Assembly: GCA_965637545.1 (NCBI GenBank)
Contig: OZ281496.1
Span: forward strand, 18,352,001-18,416,000
Source: Phallusia mammillata
Lineage: Eukaryota
DNA length: 64,000 nucleotides
Direction: 5' to 3'
The notes under the pieces are model-generated. The model saw only the letters and a program-made list of their open reading frames with translations, made no database searches and had not been told where the DNA came from. The position numbers were made by a program, and so were the translations under genes. Shown here one piece after another: positions 9,316 to 22,415 of this stretch (positions within the stretch are counted from its first letter, which is position 1; every line of letters starts with the position of its first letter).

Positions 9316-12300
9316 GTCTAAACTGTACTAATAGCATGAACATGGACATTGCGTGTGCACTCTTTCGGCGTCGGAAACTACCTGGCAGGGTTTCTTTTTG
9401 GTATTCTAATTTCATGTAACCCCCACCCTCTTTTACTAACACGAGTGGTTAGTTTTTTGAGCAAATTTTTCACATGTCTTGGGTCGTAAACAAAAACGAT
9501 CAGGGACAGGCAAAAAAATGATCCAGCAAAACAGCATAACGCCGAGGGGGCGTGCCTTAACTTGTGGTAACCTAAGCAGGTTATACTCCCCTGCCTGACT
9601 GATCTCTGTTTGGTAAACCGCGCCCATCAATCCTGACAAAATACTAACGGCCATGCAAGCACGACGAATATCTGTATTGACAAAGTTTGTGTCTGTTGTT
9701 CAAAAAGCAACTTGTATGTGGACAAAACAAGTGTCTTTGACCCGATTCCTGGCGCGGGGCTTACCAGCTCCTGTCACACAGGTGTCCACCAAAACCCATT
9801 CGCTACAATGGCTGCAGAAAAGCGGTTTTACAAAAACACAAAACTTGGAAAATAAACCAATGCTGAATGCGTGAAGCTATGATGAACAACTTTGTATGTC
9901 TGTGCCATATAAATGTTTGCAGCTAGGCTTCTGTTTTCATTGTCAAGGGCGTGCACAACCGAAAACACAAAAAACCAATTGGTGCCGGAATTAAATTTAA
10001 AAAATTGTAACACTTTCCGATTGCCGATATATTTTTGTTACAATTTTTCAAGGCAAGAATCATCAGCTGGAGAAAAAACTTGTACTACTAGGGCAGTGCG
10101 AGCATAATTATTTTAACTGCAAGTTAAGAAATTTTACGTTCATCTATTTGAACCCTTTCATGACTTCTTCACAGTGTAATTAGGAGTCTTGCGATGCAAA
10201 CAAATCATTTGTTAGTGCTAACAGCCCGAACGAGCTGAAAATAGTATTTTTGTCCATAAACACGACGCCTTCCACCCTCTCGTGATAAAATAATATTTTT
10301 AAAAAACAACTGTCAGTGGGCGCTAAGGAGTCTATTATCTTAACCCAAAAATAGTATGCGAAAAACGGCTTGAAGTGACCATGATAAATTAAAAGCACAA
10401 TTTTGAAAGGTAACTTGACAACATTTAATACTATTGATGCGCGCCGTGTTTTTTTTATTGTCATGTTTCATGCGAATTTGCCTTTGAAGCAAATTTGCCT
10501 TTTATCGTTAAATAATCACAATACACTTGCATTTTTTTAGTAAATTTTGATTTTTTTCGATTGATTTGAAGCCGACCCACCGGATAGAAACGACCAATTT
10601 AAAGGGAGTAAAACCGCTCCCTTTGTCGTTTACTGCAAAGTTTTTGTTTTCAACCCAAATGGGCACCAAAAACAAACGACGTTGTCATGGAGATAGCGTC
10701 CTCCTAATTGAAGAATTTCTTTACCAGTAGTTACCAGTAGTTGATGAAACTAGCAACTTAGCATAGGTTACGGCAGTGTTTCAAATTTTCATCCGAAGAG
10801 CAAAGGTTTTGTGGGTTCACTTGTAAAGATAGCAACACCCCAAAAAGCGAATTTCATCGAAACTTTTAATTGAAATTTGTTTTAGGCTGATCCTCGAAGC
10901 AAACATTTCAAAATTCAAATGAAAACTTTTTATTTAAGTGTAAAGAATACGACACAGTAACGACCAACTTGTTGAATGATTGTGCTTTGGGATTGTTGAC
11001 TTGGGTTTTTGATGACACGCCACTTTGCTATGAGCATCAAACGAATTGAGCCAACAGCGAGGAGTTGGTAAATGCGCACTTCAGATTGAGACTCGTACGC
11101 TAATAATAACCATGTATGATTATTTTGATAACGCATATCTGTTTGTTAACGGCGTGGTGTTTGAACACACTCAAACCCTACGACCGAATTCGGCGAATCG
11201 TGCAGTGACAGAGATAAATACGGTCGAGAAACTGGTATCGACTGTCTTAGTTGGTTATTAACAACAGTTTCGCTAACCGCTGTAGTCATTTCTCTAACAA
11301 AATAATGTGAACTGTCTAATTATCGAGGTACATTAGTTTAATTTAATTTTCATGGCCAGACAAGATGAACCAGATGGAGTTGATTTATTTAATATTTAAC
11401 GAGTTTATAGGGAACTGATGTTAGCATTGGTTATAGTTAGGGCAAATATGTTTTGATTTTTAGAAATAGGTCAAAAATTGTTTACAAAGTCAAATTTTTT
11501 TACAAAGTTAAAATTGTTTACAAACTGCATTGTCGTGGTGTTGTAGAGGTTGCACTGCCAGCAAACTATTGGTTTTACACCTTGTAGCCTACTTTATACT
11601 GCTGTAATTGGCCCATTGCCTCAATTATTGCGAATCATAAACCATCAAGTGAATGAAACAATTAGGATGATATGGCGTGATGCTCAACACACCTCAAAAC
11701 GTGCAAAATTTTGGTATAGGTCCCAAGTCATTTTACGGCAGCTGCAGGTTAGGTGCAGCTCTTGCTTCGGTTTTGCTTCAGATACTTCATGTATCTTTCG
11801 TTTATACAAATGTATTGAATAATTTTCGTTGTGTCTTAGCTGCAGTTTTTTGGCAGTGATTTTTAATTAGCTCATTCCCTTTTCATTCCCTTAGAATAGG
11901 TTAGGTCTATGTTCAGATTTTTGCCCTTCTGTTAGACTTTTGCACATTCTTTCGCTCTAGTTAGATTAGCCTAGCCATATTTTAACTTTTTGAACGATAA
12001 TGCGTAATTTAACTACTTGAATTCTTCATAGGTCAAAATTTTGTCAAAAAAAGTTTTTTAAGGTCAAAATTTGTAGGTCAAAATTTTTCGTTTTTTTACG
12101 TCAAAAAATAATTGCCCTAGTTATAGTCAAACAAGTTGATCCACAAAAGAGTGCCGTTTGCGTTTTTTCAAGGTTGCTGTTAAATTGTTTGGCGATACTA
12201 AAAAATGGAAAAGCGGCGATTTCAAAATTAGTGATTGCGTATGTAAGTAAAAAATCTCATGAGCAGCGATTTTTAACCGGTTCCCTAGAAACGGGGGAAT

Positions 12301-12447
12301 TTTTCAAATAAAAATTTAAAGACTACTGTTTTAGACTATATGATACGTTTATCGTATGCAAAAAAATAATTACTGCTTCGGTCATAAAAGCATTGGCCGT
12401 TGTACAACTTTCTTTTATATTTTACAGGTTTGAGCACATTGAGCAAA

Positions 12448-15144
12448 ATGGAAAATAAAATTGTCTTAACCGTTGAAAAGCTGAAAGCGGTGTGCATAGA
12501 AAATGAACATGGCAAGATGGTTGAAGCTGATATAGCTGCATCCGCGGCAATATTACTTCAGTTGGGGGACATTCTTGTCGAAGATGTGCATAAACATCCT
12601 TACAACTATATACATAGCTTGGGTTTGTTTGTAGCTTCGGGGATAAGGCGACCACACAAAACAGTCGATAAACGTATATCTGACTTGTGGGAAGAATTTC
12701 TTCAACACTCACCAGCAGTTAACAAAACTTGTAACTTATCTCAAGTTACTGCAAGTATTAAAGAGCGCATTGCTAGGATGAGACAGGATGCTGAAAAATG
12801 TTGTAAAAACTTATTTAGTTTAAAGTGCAAAAGCCAACGAGATGAAGAAGACAAAATATATACGGCCAAACAGATTTCTTCCGCTGTTTCCAAAAACTAT
12901 GTCAATGCAGTGAAGGTGGTTTCAGATATCTGTTCGGATATACTCTTTGGCGATGACAAACAACCTCCATTGTTCGCGCTCTGTGCATTGGGTTCGGTAG
13001 CCAGAGGTGAGGCGACTCCTTATTCCGACTTTGAACACATGATTTTACTTGACGATGGTTTAAGCAACAAAGAATTAGAAAAACAGAAGCACGATATGCG
13101 ATGGTTTACACGGATGTTTCAGTTTCTGATTGTGAATCTTGGGGAAACACCGATTCGCCTGTTGGGCATTCCATGTCTTAACGACTTCTACGCCGAAGAC
13201 AAAAGAAAGGATTGGTTTTATGATGATATTACACCATGTGGAATACGCTTCGATAGCAATATGCCGTTTTCTAGCATTCATCCACTTTCACGTCAAGAAA
13301 CAAAAGCAAAACCATTTCAAACCGAGCTCATTCAAAACGTAACCGCGATGTTGGAATATCTGGACATCCAGTCCATTCAAAGAAATGCATACCACCTCGA
13401 TACGGTTCTGGCTAAATCCGAATATGTATCTGGATGTCAGCGTTTGCATAGTAAGTACAGAGTACTAGTTACCGAAAAACTTGGTAGTCAAACAGATGTC
13501 ATTTTATCCAACATTCAAACATACATGGATAATGAAAATGTTCTTTTTGAAATGAAAAACAAAGTTACACGTTCCAATATTAAAAAGATTTGCTACCGTG
13601 GACCGAGCATTATTATTGGTCACCTCGCCAGTCTTTTTAAAGTGTGAGATTCTAACTCATATGTTATTATTGAACGGCTTGTAGATGGTCGTTACCTAAA
13701 TCCGAATGCCGGACACAATCTTAAGTTCATTGTTGCTCTTTCGTGGGAGTTAAGGATGTCGTTTTGCCTTCGTACCAAGGAACAAATGGCTGAAATGCAA
13801 ACAAACTATACAGATCCCGTTAAAGAACTTGCCAATATTGTTGGAAAGGACACCCTTTTTGCATTTTTCACCATTTGGTACAATTTCTGGAATATCCTGC
13901 AACAAATTGTCTTGGAAATTAAAGACCTGGCTTTATTCTGCCACAGTGATATGAGAGTAACAGATAGGGTAACTAATGAACTTTGGATTTCATATTTGTG
14001 TCCGGAAAACCTCAACCCCAACAGGAAAGTTTGTATCATGCCAAACAACAAACAAAATCTAAGTTCTGCGCTCTTTCTTCAAATCCTGGCTCTTCGTACA
14101 GACGACTTGATTTGTGCTCTGGTGCAATTGTATGATGAGTTTGATCAGTTGTACTTAGAACCATCTTCGGATTTAACTGCTATTCAGCTACGACAAGCAT
14201 CCGATTCGTTCAGAAATCTTTGTATAGCTGTTGATAACCCAAATCAAGACTCAAATGTTAAAATGTCAACTTTGGAAGAATTCTCGAGTAGACTTCTTGG
14301 TCAACATCATGTTAGCCACAACATGACACGCTGCTACGAGGCCATGCACAAACTATACTGTGTTTCAGCACCATACCTACCAAAAACATTTCCCGCACCA
14401 GAAGCTTTTGCCTTCCTTGACCGTGTCACACACTTGTTTGAAAGTGTGACGAAACTGCAGGATTTATGCCTTGCAGATACTGATAAGTTCCTGAAATTGA
14501 CTGAGATCACAAATACGGTTTATGCAACATGCCAAGGACTCGGAAACTTAAAAATGGAAATGCTGTCGGTTTTACGTAATTACAAAAAATCTTCCACTTG
14601 GTTTGTTTGGATTTTAGATCGTTTATTCCGACCTGACCATGGTGCGTTTAACCTCACCGATATCCAAAAGTTTACGCGCCGTGCGTTTGAAAAAAGGCTA
14701 AAAGGTTTTCACAAAGAGATTGTAAACATGAAAAACTCAAATGATCTTGCCATCATTAATATTTCATTGTTGCCACATGTGCCTGCTCGCCAAATAATGA
14801 TTGCCGTTTTAAGCAGACTATCCCGTGGTACTTGCTTTGTGCAAGCGGAATTACTCTATGGTCTGGCTTATTTACTTTACCAGAGAAGCGATTACAACGG
14901 ATGCGTAAATTCATGTTATAAAGCACTGAGTTTTATCACAGATATTTGTGAACAAGTCGATCGTTGCAAGTTTTTTCCCCTTTGGGAAATATTTCGATTG
15001 ATGGGTCTTTCTGCTTTCCGAATGAAAAGATACAAACTGGCAAACGAAGCGTTTTGCTGTGAGATGACAGTAAAGCAAACTCCAACTGACGTATTTTCTG
15101 TTCTTTGTTCGTTTAAGCAAAACTCCATTCCACAAAGCAATTAA
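12448..15144 (+). pseudogene. Intronless GlnD/DUF294-like nucleotidyltransferase + DUF294_C-like helical domain + C-terminal TPR protein (~898 codons), with one in-frame TGA at 13645-13647
   Basis: Track ORFs 12400-13647 and 13756-15144 share one frame and the 36 codons between them are open. Pol-beta-superfamily motif LGSVARGEATPYSDFEHMILL at about 12988-13050. IKKICYRG..FKV*DSNSYVIIERL..NLKFIVALSWELR resembles the DUF294_C/GlnE substrate-binding region. TPR-like helices ELLYGLAYLLYQRSDYNGCVNSCYKAL and FRLMGLSAFRMKRYKLANEAF. Splice acceptor at 12427 precedes the ATG at 12448. Confidence 0.82.
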
Positions 15145-16853
15145 GCTTTAATCGCACATGTTTATTGATCCATCACATAAGTTTAATGATCTTGCGCAAT
15201 TTATTCCTCCTCACCTGTTTGTGGACGTTTTGTCTTTGACAATTTCGCTCTTTATCATCTTTGTTTGTTGATATGTTACAACTGCGCTTAAAATGTCGAC
15301 CTTTGATCGTGTTTTTCTTTCAGTCAGTTCTTGGAACTTGCATGAAAGGCTCTACCCATTGAACACACATATTCGTACGCACAAAGGATACATCGTCATA
15401 TGTTTTCTCTAACGTATTATCGTTTGTAAATATTGACCAACGCAATCAGTCCCAGTTGTTCTCACACTGACAGGTGATTTATGTCGAGATTTGCTTGATG
15501 TTAGTCTTATAATATTGTGTTTTTTTGCGCGTACATAATACTTTTTCATAATTCTGAAACCCAATTACTCCAGCGGAGCAATATTATGAGCGCCGCCTTC
15601 ATTACATATCATGTGTGATTTTTTTTCGATCATTGACCTAGATATATGTAGAAAGGCAAGTACACAGATTTCTGAGGATTCGTAACAGTAAAGAGCGTAA
15701 CATGATCGTTTTGCAGCAAATTGTGTGTTGTGATTTGCTTTCCGTCTGACATATTATGTTAAACAAGACAGAAGACCGATTTCTTGCTTTCGAAAATTCC
15801 TTTTACGTTTAATGTGGTCGAATGAAGTACTAATTCAATTGGAGTCTAGTTTAAATAAAAACGCAAGCATCGAAAGAAAAATATACATTTCCCCAGATCG
15901 CGTAATCACAGGCAAACATCGATTTGCGACAAAGACATTAAAAATGGGATGTTGCACTGTTACTGAGTGACAACTTGCACAAATAATTTCCGATGTTAAC
16001 TTTTAATGCAACAACGTATCAAACATAATACTCTGCGATCTTGGATTGCGTGCTATACAAGTACGACCGTAAATAAACCATGAAGAGTTTGTCATCATGA
16101 TTACTTTTAATTTTATGTGCATTTATCACTTTAAGTTTAATAAAGTGCGTTGTATAATGGATTTTTGCAAGACACTGTGAATCAAATATTAGCATTGATT
16201 TTTGTAATTCTGATTACCGATGTAGTTTAGCGAGCTCAGTTTTGAGGCAAGACCTCATCAAGTTTAAGGCATTGTGTAGAAACACCCGTCCCGCTAACCA
16301 GGCCTTGCACACGAACTAACGAGGACTTCAGGCCACTCGCTTGCGCCGAATTCTTGTCGACGAAGCAATAATGCAGATATGTCGGCAATCAATGGCAGGT
16401 GCATATTTTATATGTGAAAGTTCGGACAAACGAAGAAGAATCATCGCTTCACGGAAACTTACAACTTTTCCAATTGAAATATGCGAATGAAAACACACCG
16501 TTGCCTGCCTCGTATGCTGCACATGTCAGCTTCTGACCGGCTGATTCGGTATAACGCCTTCAATAGGCCTGGCGTACTATGATAACATCAAACTCATTTT
16601 CTTTTGCAAAGGAAAATTGTAGCTTTATAATAAACAAAAAAAGTCGAGAGAAATATCGCATCAATTTAAACCAGGACACTCTTTTGTTATAGGGAATTTG
16701 CCGTATAGCATCATATTTACTTTGGTGGTTGTATTAAAATCTAAAGCATAATCAAATGCAAGCAATACTGTGGCCATTAATAGGGACGTGCTTCAATATC
16801 TAAAAGTATATAAAGTAGTCAAGCAGCAAAAAGACCTGTGAATTTGGATGTTA

Positions 16854-19796
16854 GGCGTGTAATTCTATTTCTTGCAATAATGTTGGTCTTTTCTAATGAG
16901 TGTTGTTTACAAAGTGCCAGAAAAACAATGGTAGGTAGACGTTAAGTTATTATCTCCGCGACCCAAAAGTAATCTTAGCACATTAGACTTTCAATGTAGA
17001 CAAAAGCCTCGAGACACAATACAATGATTATGAGACGCAACATCGACTTATCGCCATAACGAGGTGGACGTGAAAGAAAAAAAGGTTACAGTCTCAAGTT
17101 TAGAATGTGGGTAAGAGTATAAGTGCCCAAGTTGTTTTAATCACTGAAATACAATTTGATTTGGATCAAGTGTCGATAATCGAAAATGGCAGAGCGAGAA
17201 AATGCAACATTGGTCGATGGTCGGCGGAAGCACGTGCGATTCACGAAGCTGTGTGTGGTAATCCTGCCATATGTAGGTTTTGCGGCGAAAAGTAGGTTTT
17301 ACGTTCACTAATGTTGTTAAAGAGGTCTTTGAGAAACATCATAGACACATAGTACTTACTTTTAGATTTTCAGACAAGTATGGGATGAAACGTCATGTTG
17401 AGAACTCTTGTCGTAAAAATACAAATCGGGCCAAACCTTTCTATTGTAAAGACTGAGGTAGGAAGTAAGTGGCTTGCTTCATTGTGTTTGATAACTATAG
17501 TGACATTAATAAAATTGGTTAAAACCTTTCTTTTTAAGGTGTCTAAAAAACAATCTAAAACGACACAAAGCAGTTTGTAAGAAGGTTTGGGGAACGGGGA
17601 AAGGGTTTTGTTCAGAAAACATGCAGAATTCCACACTGACTGGGGTTCACCTGGAAGAAGTTAACCGTGAAAGTAAAAGTGAAAATTCGACTGAAAATGC
17701 GCGAGTGGCAACAACTGGTGGTTGGTGAGTATGTTGTGTCAAATGCTTGAAGCTGTATTTCAACATGACTAATTTTCCTGCAGCGAGGACCAGCACATAT
17801 TTATTGAGAATCCTGTATCCATGGAACGTGATATGTGTAATGATAAACACATTGACGAACTCATAACTTCTACCAGCACTTTGTAAGTATGACTAGTGAT
17901 TAACTTTGTGTAGTTTAAGTAGCAAAGACCTAAATAAGTTCACAAACATAATCAGGAAATATTATTGATAAACACACTTTATAGACTATTGAATTGTAAT
18001 TAAATCGCAATGCAACCCTATAAGCAAATGAACATGGTACAGTGATCGATCCAAATCATTTCTTACAATGTGAAATTTTGCATTCATTGTGCTGCATAAT
18101 ATATTGCAAACATACCAATCCACTAGTTTCAGACTGACGCACTTATATTAACTGATTTTTATGCATAATGAAGTACTGAAAATTCCGTGCCCATAATGCC
18201 TGAATCACTACTATACTCTTCAAAGAAAGAAGCACTGACAGATGACACCAATAGCAAAAGCATTCAAAGTGAAGGTAAAAACCGATTTTTCCTATTTAAT
18301 TTCGGTTGCACACTTCCATTGAGCTAACAGCCTTATATATTGATTATACTCTTATAGAGTTATTAACACCTGCAAAGACAACGGGATCTAACATTAGGAT
18401 TGGTGAGGTTTACTCCTGTCAGGTTGATCCAGAAAAACGAGGAAAAAAGCGGAAGCTAGCGTATCAGCCCGATATTAAGGTAGAGAGCAACGTTTGTTTA
18501 TCTGACTATGGATAAATGCATGATTGTTGTTTAATATTTGTTTAAAATACATTGGTTTAAATTTAAACGTTCCTCAATTGACTGCCTTTTTTCTAGATAA
18601 ATTCTTCTGAGCTGAAGAAAAGTCAAAACACCATCGACACTTTTCTGTGCAAATCAAGAACTCAAACTGATAAATACGAAAATTTTGGTCAACTTGTTTC
18701 CTGCAAACTTCGGAAAATGGACCCTGCCATTGCTGACCAGTCGATGAGCGTCATATTGCAGTATCTGTATGATCAGTGTTCTGGACAAAATATTTAACAT
18801 GACTAAACGATGTATCATGTGATCAAATAATTATTGATTTTCTCTTTTTTTATTCCTTAAACTCTAAACTTCAAGTGACAAATTATACAAGGTCTCAAAA
18901 CATTGACAAAACTACGGTTTCTTGCCGCGTTTTGCTTCTGATCTAAACGTAATCAACGGTTTCTTTTTCACAATTTTTACTTTGTTTGAATGAGAATTAT
19001 GTACGGAGTTGCTTGCTATGTACTAGATGTTGGTCCGTACTAAATCTAATTATGACTTATGATATGTGCATTGCGTGAGCCAGTTATTTTGTTATGTTTA
19101 ATAAAATAAAGTATAAATATTAATAACGTTATGCGTTTTAATTGAAATATCGCTACACACTAGACATAACGGCAAAATTAGTGAGTTAAGTTTTCCCGCA
19201 GAGGAATATTATTTCATAAATACAATGCTTGTTTTTTCGGAACTATGACTTTTGTACGTGAATTTGTGCGGACTAATTGATTTTTGCCAAGCAGATTTAA
19301 CAACGGCTAAATTTGTATGTAACTCTTGCAATGCTACTACGAAACAAATAACAAAAAAATACACAACAAATTTTCATCAGTTTTGCTACATTGGGCTGCT
19401 CTGCTAAATTCTACACCTTTTTAATTTCATACCGATTCATTTTTTTCTGCTAAAAGATCACTTTTTTATGGTAACTGCATGTCAAATCGGTTTATTTGTG
19501 AAACTAAAAGTTATTTTTATCTATGTTTCCTGCGCAGAAGTCTTTTAAATCTAGTTACTACTACTTAAAATATCATTAAAATGTAATTTTAATAATTACA
19601 TTTGCGACTTGTTATTTCAAGCGTGACAATCGTTAAGTTCCGATGCGCTGGACTGATTTTCGTGAACTGTTTGCAAAATCAAGCTTGTGACGAAATAAAA
19701 TGCTGTATATAAAATTCTAGACAAAATTTGCAGGAGTTGCCTAAGGGAGCAGTGCGAGATTGTACCAACAAATTTTCTGTGCGCGGATTACACGCC
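16854..19796. mobile_element. Non-autonomous TIR DNA transposon (Harbinger/Zator-like GG termini, TA or TWA target) carrying a zinc-finger gene
   Basis: Inverted match TTAGGCGTGTAAT at 16851-16863 and ATTACACGCCTAA at 19787-19799; TA on both flanks; no transposase seen inside. Superfamily is uncertain. Confidence 0.55.
17186..18797 (+). pseudogene. 7-exon gene: tandem C2HC zinc fingers, basic NLS-like stretch, C-terminal BESS-like motif; TGA at a finger Cys codon
   Basis: Exons 17186-17291, 17366-17464, 17539-17724, 17784-17882, 18174-18274, 18358-18479 and 18597-18797 splice in phase at GT-AG sites. Fingers CRFCGEKFSDKYGMKRHVENSC and CKD*GRKCLKNNLKRHKAVC; KRGKKRK; DKYENFGQLVSCKLRKMDP. AATAAA at 19100. 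The ATG at 17186 is one base out of frame with finger 1. Confidence 0.75.
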
Positions 19797-20938
19797 TAAA
19801 ATAAATAAAAAATTGCTGGTGAATTAATGGAAAATTAAAAATACTGTTCCGTCATCTTTTCTAATCTGGCATGTCGGTACCTAACTTAATCTGTACCTAA
19901 AATGGTTACGTAAAATGTTTTCAACCTCACATGTCAATTGTGTTAGCATCGTTTTCACAGTCACAGTAATTCTTTTAGAATAAAGTGACCGGTTCTATAT
20001 TCGTGGGTTGGTAAACCGCTGTGTACTTCACAGTATCCTAATGGTAAATTAATCCTATGGGCCATTGACCAGAAATATTATGCACAAAGCTTAGAGCGTT
20101 CTTCACTTCATTGGAAGTTTAAGCGTATCAGGGGGATAAAACGAAAAAAAATACAAAGGCGTTTTGATTGGTGTTAAGCGGTGCAACCTATAGCACGTAA
20201 AGGAACATTCCATCGCACTTTGTTTGGTTCCTGGAAGGTTACTTAAAATAAAGTTCAAAGTTTTTTAGCTGCCCAGCTAACAAGACAATTTGTAGTAATC
20301 GCAGGTACTGGTAAAGAATACAAAATACAGCACTTTGTAATGCTAAAAAAATGGGTTCGCAACTGGCATGTGAAAGTTTGAATAACATGCCATCTCGCGT
20401 GTTTACTTACCTAACATCCTCGCAGTGCTTAAAACAGCAGGGGCGGCTCGTGCTAGGGTGCTGCGGAGCTGCAGCACCCCCTAGATATTTTTATAAACCT
20501 ACCATAATATTACAAATAACTTTCATTATTTTTATTTTTTTATTCCTTATCAATATATAATAAGCATAATTTCCGCCCTAATCACCTTTTTTTTCATTAA
20601 AAAAAAATTTTTTTTTTTTTTTGAAACACTAATTTATATCTATGCTGGAACTGCAGCTCCAGTTTTCTGACGTTTCGTGACGTTTCATGACGTTTTGCGG
20701 TTCTGCGCATGCGCACTTTGAAAAGCTACATGCTGGGCGAAATAGGAGCCAGGGTGCTGCGGCTCGCGCAGCTCCACCAATCACGTAGCGTGTGACCAGG
20801 GCACCCGGAAGTAGTTGTTTGTTCCGCGTTTATTGTGTGCCAAAGCAAATCACGTGTACCATCAGGTTCGACAATGAGTACAGTACGACAGTTATTCTTT
20901 TTTAATCATTTTTACAGTTTTTGATTGAAAGGTTAATC

Positions 20939-21480
20939 ATGGCTTTTCAAGATTCTAATTCGGTGACTGTAAGTGAGCTTCAGCAACTTAAGATTTCGCA
21001 GTTATCAAGTGCTGAAAAGGTAAGTATAAAGAAAAAAGGGCGTCCAACGCCTGATATTCAACTTTGTCAGCCAGGAATGAGCCACAACAAGAAATATATA
21101 CGCAGTTTTAATTCTGAATGGTATCAAAAGAAAAAATGGCTTCGTGGTTGTGAAGTTAAAAATGCACTGTTCTGTTTTCCATTTTTGCTGTTTGGAGGTG
21201 ATGAAAAATGCTGGACAAAAGATGGTTTTACAAATGTAGCCAAAATAGGTGAGAAAGCAGAAAAACATGAGAAGTCAAAGAAGCATGTGGACAATGATGT
21301 TTCACTTTCACTTTTGGGAACTGTAAATATTAATGAAAAACTTAGTGAGGCGTATATAGACTTTCAATTATTGAACACAACAAAAAAGTGGAAAAAAATC
21401 GTGAAATTTTGTCCAAAATAATAGACTGCATTTTATTCTGTGGAAACTTTGAAACTCCCTTACGTGGACATGATGAAAAA
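20939..21480 (+). pseudogene. hAT transposase N-terminal remnant (TTF-type zinc finger and start of DUF4371-like region)
   Basis: RSFNSEWYQKKKWL..KNALFCFPFLLF..WTKDGF..KHEKSKKH; after a frameshift, IDCILFCGNFETPLRGHDE. The catalytic core is missing. Confidence 0.88.
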
Positions 21481-21991
21481 GATGAGTATTGATGTAATGG
21501 ACATGTACTGTTTGTCTAAACAGTAGCTGCTAAATTGCTTCACAGGAAGTGTGTCTTAAGAATGTACATTCTACAGACAAGATAGTAGTGACCACCAAGC
21601 ACATCCTATTGTTGACAAAGAAATACTAGTTACTGAAATGAAAATGTTTCTGTAGATCTGATGTTCATGATTACTTTGAAAATAATCCAGATGGTGTTTT
21701 AACAAGTGAAATTACTAGGATAAAAAATCCTTTTTGCTGTTTCCATGAGTCTTTCAAAGGCAAAACAGTTTGGATGCAAACCTTTGTTAGGAACACCATT
21801 ATTTCCAAAAGACTTGCACCTGCAGTGCTAGTACTACTAAATAGAAAAACAGTTTCTCAGTTGTCATTTGGAATCAAGGAAGAAGCTATCAATCCTCATG
21901 CCCAAACTATAACTTTATGATTCATATTGGTTGTAAAAAGGAAGCACAAGGTTTAATAATATGGTTTAAATTTAAGTGAGAGTGTTGTAAA

Positions 21992-22415
21992 CAGGGCTAG
22001 AAAAAACGCAAATTTCCCGGGAAGCCACCAAAATTTCCCGCCATTTTTCGGTAAATCCCCCAAGTTGTTATACGCAACTGGAATACTAAAGTAACGCAGC
22101 TTATCGCGCCATTGCTGTACTTGTCGTGAAATAAATGCGTATTGTTGTGCTCGTGCACACACACACACGCGCGCGTGCAATGCGAACAAAGACACTCAGC
22201 ACCTTGTGTGTTGACCTATGTGTTGCAGCGTTTTAGTTGCGTCACGTTTCGTTGCATCGCCGGTTGTAACCAGTAATAAAAACTGGCGCTGTTGCGTTAT
22301 TACACCGCAAAACCTATTTTCGACTTGTGTTCGCACAAAGAGCTAAAAATTTCCCGCGAGTGTGACCGATTTCCCGGGATGGAGCATCCCCATTTCCCCA
22401 CTTTTTCCCGCCATG
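21992..22415. mobile_element. hAT-type MITE nested in the hAT remnant, 424 bp
   Basis: TSD GTTGTAAA at 21984-21991 and 22416-22423; imperfect TIR CAGGGCTAGAAAAA / CATGGCGGGAAAAA; TTTCCCG subterminal motifs. Confidence 0.8.

Noticed and set aside
9330-10464. Minus-strand fragments faintly like ionotropic glutamate receptor membrane segments (KPFFAYYFWV, NTIFSSFGLL, FNSG, FAGSFFCLSLIVF)
   Set aside because: They are spread over several frames with stops, and no pore or SYTANLAAF motif is intact. A translated HMM search would be needed.
12400-15144. Bacterial contaminant as the source of the NTase gene
   Set aside because: It has a spliceosomal acceptor just before the ATG, no operon context, and continuous eukaryotic flanks. 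Read-level confirmation is still advisable.
15145-15300. Possible SECIS for the TGA in the NTase gene (ATGA..AA..GA near 15187)
   Set aside because: Spacing is off (8 nt before AA), the stem pairs poorly by eye, and the TGA is not at a Cys-like position. Not tested computationally.
18798-19110. Possible SECIS for the CxxTGA in the zinc-finger gene
   Set aside because: No ATGA/GTGA candidate has both correct AA spacing and a pairing stem; a second lesion near the start favours pseudogene decay.
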